A DNA stretch of 24,000 nt. Origin: Azospirillum sp. RU38E (GTDB taxonomy: Bacteria; Pseudomonadota; Alphaproteobacteria; Azospirillales; Azospirillaceae). This document shows positions 22,692 to 24,000 of this stretch, one piece after another. Numbering within the stretch: the stretch's first letter is position 1; each line of letters starts with the position of its first letter. The stretch lies in the NCBI RefSeq assembly GCF_900188385.1, contig NZ_FZOI01000002.1, positions 254,542 to 278,541 on the forward strand, read 5' to 3'. The notes under the pieces were generated by a model, which was not told the DNA's origin, made no database searches, and saw only the letters and a list, made by a program, of their open reading frames with translations. A program made the position numbers and the translations under genes.

Positions 22692-24000
22692 TCACGTTCC
22701 CCGACGCTTGGCGCGGGCCGTCGGTTCGGCTTCCAGCGGGTTGTCGGGCCAGTAATGGCGCGGATAGCGCCCGGCCAGATCCTTCTTCACCTCGCGGTAG
22801 GAGCCTTTCCAGAACCCGGCCAGATCGCGCGTCACCTGCACTGGGCGGTGGGCTGGCGACAGCAGGTGCAGCAGCACCGGCACCCGCCCACCGCCCAGGC
22901 GCGGCGTTTCAGCCAGCCCGAACAGTTCCTGCAGCCGCACGGCCAGAACCGGTTCTTCTCCGGTATAATCAATGGGGATGCGGTTGCCGGTGGGGACGGT
23001 CAGATGGGTGGGCGCCTCGGCATTCAGGGCCTGCTGGCTGTTCCAGTCCAGCAGCCCGGTCAAGGCCCCGTGCAGATCGATGCGGTCCAGGTGGCTGCGC
23101 CGCATCACCCCGGCCAGATAGGGGGCAAGCCAATCCTCCAGCGTCGCCAGCAGGGCGGCATCGGACATATCGGGCCAGCGGTCGGGTGCGGCGCGGTGCA
23201 GGAAGGCCACGCGGGTGCGCCAGCTTTCCAGCTCCTTGCTCCAGGGCAGGCAGGCCAGCCCCATTTCCCGGATGCCCTGCAACAGGGCGGGGATGACCGC
23301 TTCGGCCGGCGGGTTTTGCAGCAACTCCTCCTTCAAGGACAGGGCGAACAGGCGGCGCCGGCGGCGGGCCTTTACCGCCTGTTCGCGGCCATCCCATTCC
23401 ACCAATGTTTCCGCCACGATGTCGCCGGCAAAGGCTTCCTCCAGCTCCGCCTGGGTCACCGGGGCGGCCAGGAAGATACGCGCGTCACGCCCCTGGCCAT
23501 CCAGATCGGCCACAGCCAGCCAGTCACGGCTGGCCAGCGCATCGGTCGGGTCCAGTGCTGCCCCACGGCCGCCGGAAAGCCGGTACTGGCCAGGGCTGCC
23601 GGGGCGGCGTTGGGCGATACGGTCCGGGTAGGCCAGGGCCAGCAGCAGGCCGGCCCCATCATGATCGGTGTCCCCCGGCGGCCCGCCCACCTGCCGTTCC
23701 AACTGGCGGGCCGAATCCAGGGCCTGATGCAGGGCGCCGCGATCCACCTCGCCCCCGCGTCCGCGTTCGGCCAGATGGTCCAGCCGGGTGCGCAGGTCGG
23801 CATCGCGCATTCCGCTGCCGCCGCGCAGAATGTCCCGCTCCCCGATCAGGGCGGCGACACGGCAGGCCAGCCGCGTCCGCCCCAGTTCCCGCCCGCGCAG
23901 CACCAGATGGGCCAGGCGCGGATGCAGCCCCAGCCCGGCCATGGTTTGCCCATGCCGGGTGATTCGGTTCCCATCGTCCAGCGCCCCCAACTGGCGCAGC
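22692..24000 (-). CDS. hrpB: ATP-dependent RNA helicase HrpB, C-terminal portion. The N-terminus lies beyond the window.
   Basis: The reading frame stays open to base 24000, and the track 'M' at 23990 is an internal TTG. The sequence covers the HA2/OB region and the HrpB-specific C-terminal domain, ending ..GRYPRHYWPDNPLEAEPTARAKRRGT, which matches the E. coli HrpB tail pattern. Confidence 0.85.
   Translation of the reverse strand, partial: LRQLGALDDGNRITRHGQTMAGLGLHPRLAHLVLRGRELGRTRLACRVAALIGERDILRGGSGMRDADLRTRLDHLAERGRGGEVDRGALHQALDSARQLERQVGGPPGDTDHDGAGLLLALAYPDRIAQRRPGSPGQYRLSGGRGAALDPTDALASRDWLAVADLDGQGRDARIFLAAPVTQAELEEAFAGDIVAETLVEWDGREQAVKARRRRRLFALSLKEELLQNPPAEAVIPALLQGIREMGLACLPWSKELESWRTRVAFLHRAAPDRWPDMSDAALLATLEDWLAPYLAGVMRRSHLDRIDLHGALTGLLDWNSQQALNAEAPTHLTVPTGNRIPIDYTGEEPVLAVRLQELFGLAETPRLGGGRVPVLLHLLSPAHRPVQVTRDLAGFWKGSYREVKKDLAGRYPRHYWPDNPLEAEPTARAKRRGT

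Overview
This is a high-GC, gene-dense chromosomal segment, probably alphaproteobacterial judging by the homologues (not verifiable here). Every long ORF I accept has a recognisable family, and most of the window is ordinary metabolism. I found no CRISPR array, transposase, integrase, phage genes or recognisable defence genes.

Gene order, left to right:
- A C-terminally truncated secreted DUF3237 protein (-).
- A secreted type-B carboxylesterase (-).
- A quinate/shikimate catabolic cluster. quiC-type 3-dehydroshikimate dehydratase (-) is divergent from aroQ, a shikimate/quinate dehydrogenase and an MFS transporter (+).
- A divergent rtcR (-) / rtcB (+) RNA-repair pair with a -24/-12 sigma-54 promoter and no rtcA.
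- A LysR regulator (-) divergent from a nine-gene + strand cluster. The genes are an aldehyde dehydrogenase, an orphan family-5 solute-binding protein, a fold-type-III PLP D-serine-dehydratase-like enzyme, RidA, an FAD oxidoreductase, a DUF1624 membrane acyltransferase-like protein, a GNAT and a second FAD oxidoreductase.
- A roughly 510 bp gene-poor gap holding a beta-barrel-like C-terminal remnant (-).
- A DUF475/TerC-like membrane protein (+), back-to-back terminators, tRNA-Thr(CGU) (-) and the 3' part of hrpB (-).

The best candidates for something under-described are:
- the minimal RtcR/RtcB module and its upstream repeat architecture;
- the LysR-controlled catabolic cluster of unknown substrate, possibly a D- or hydroxy-amino-acid, opine-like or acylated-amine compound;
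- the odd RBS-ATG-GGG-TGA remnant and the long lower-GC leader in front of the DUF475 gene.

The several very long ORFs antisense to real genes are high-GC artefacts. All coordinates, translations and hairpins were worked out by hand, and no database search was possible.
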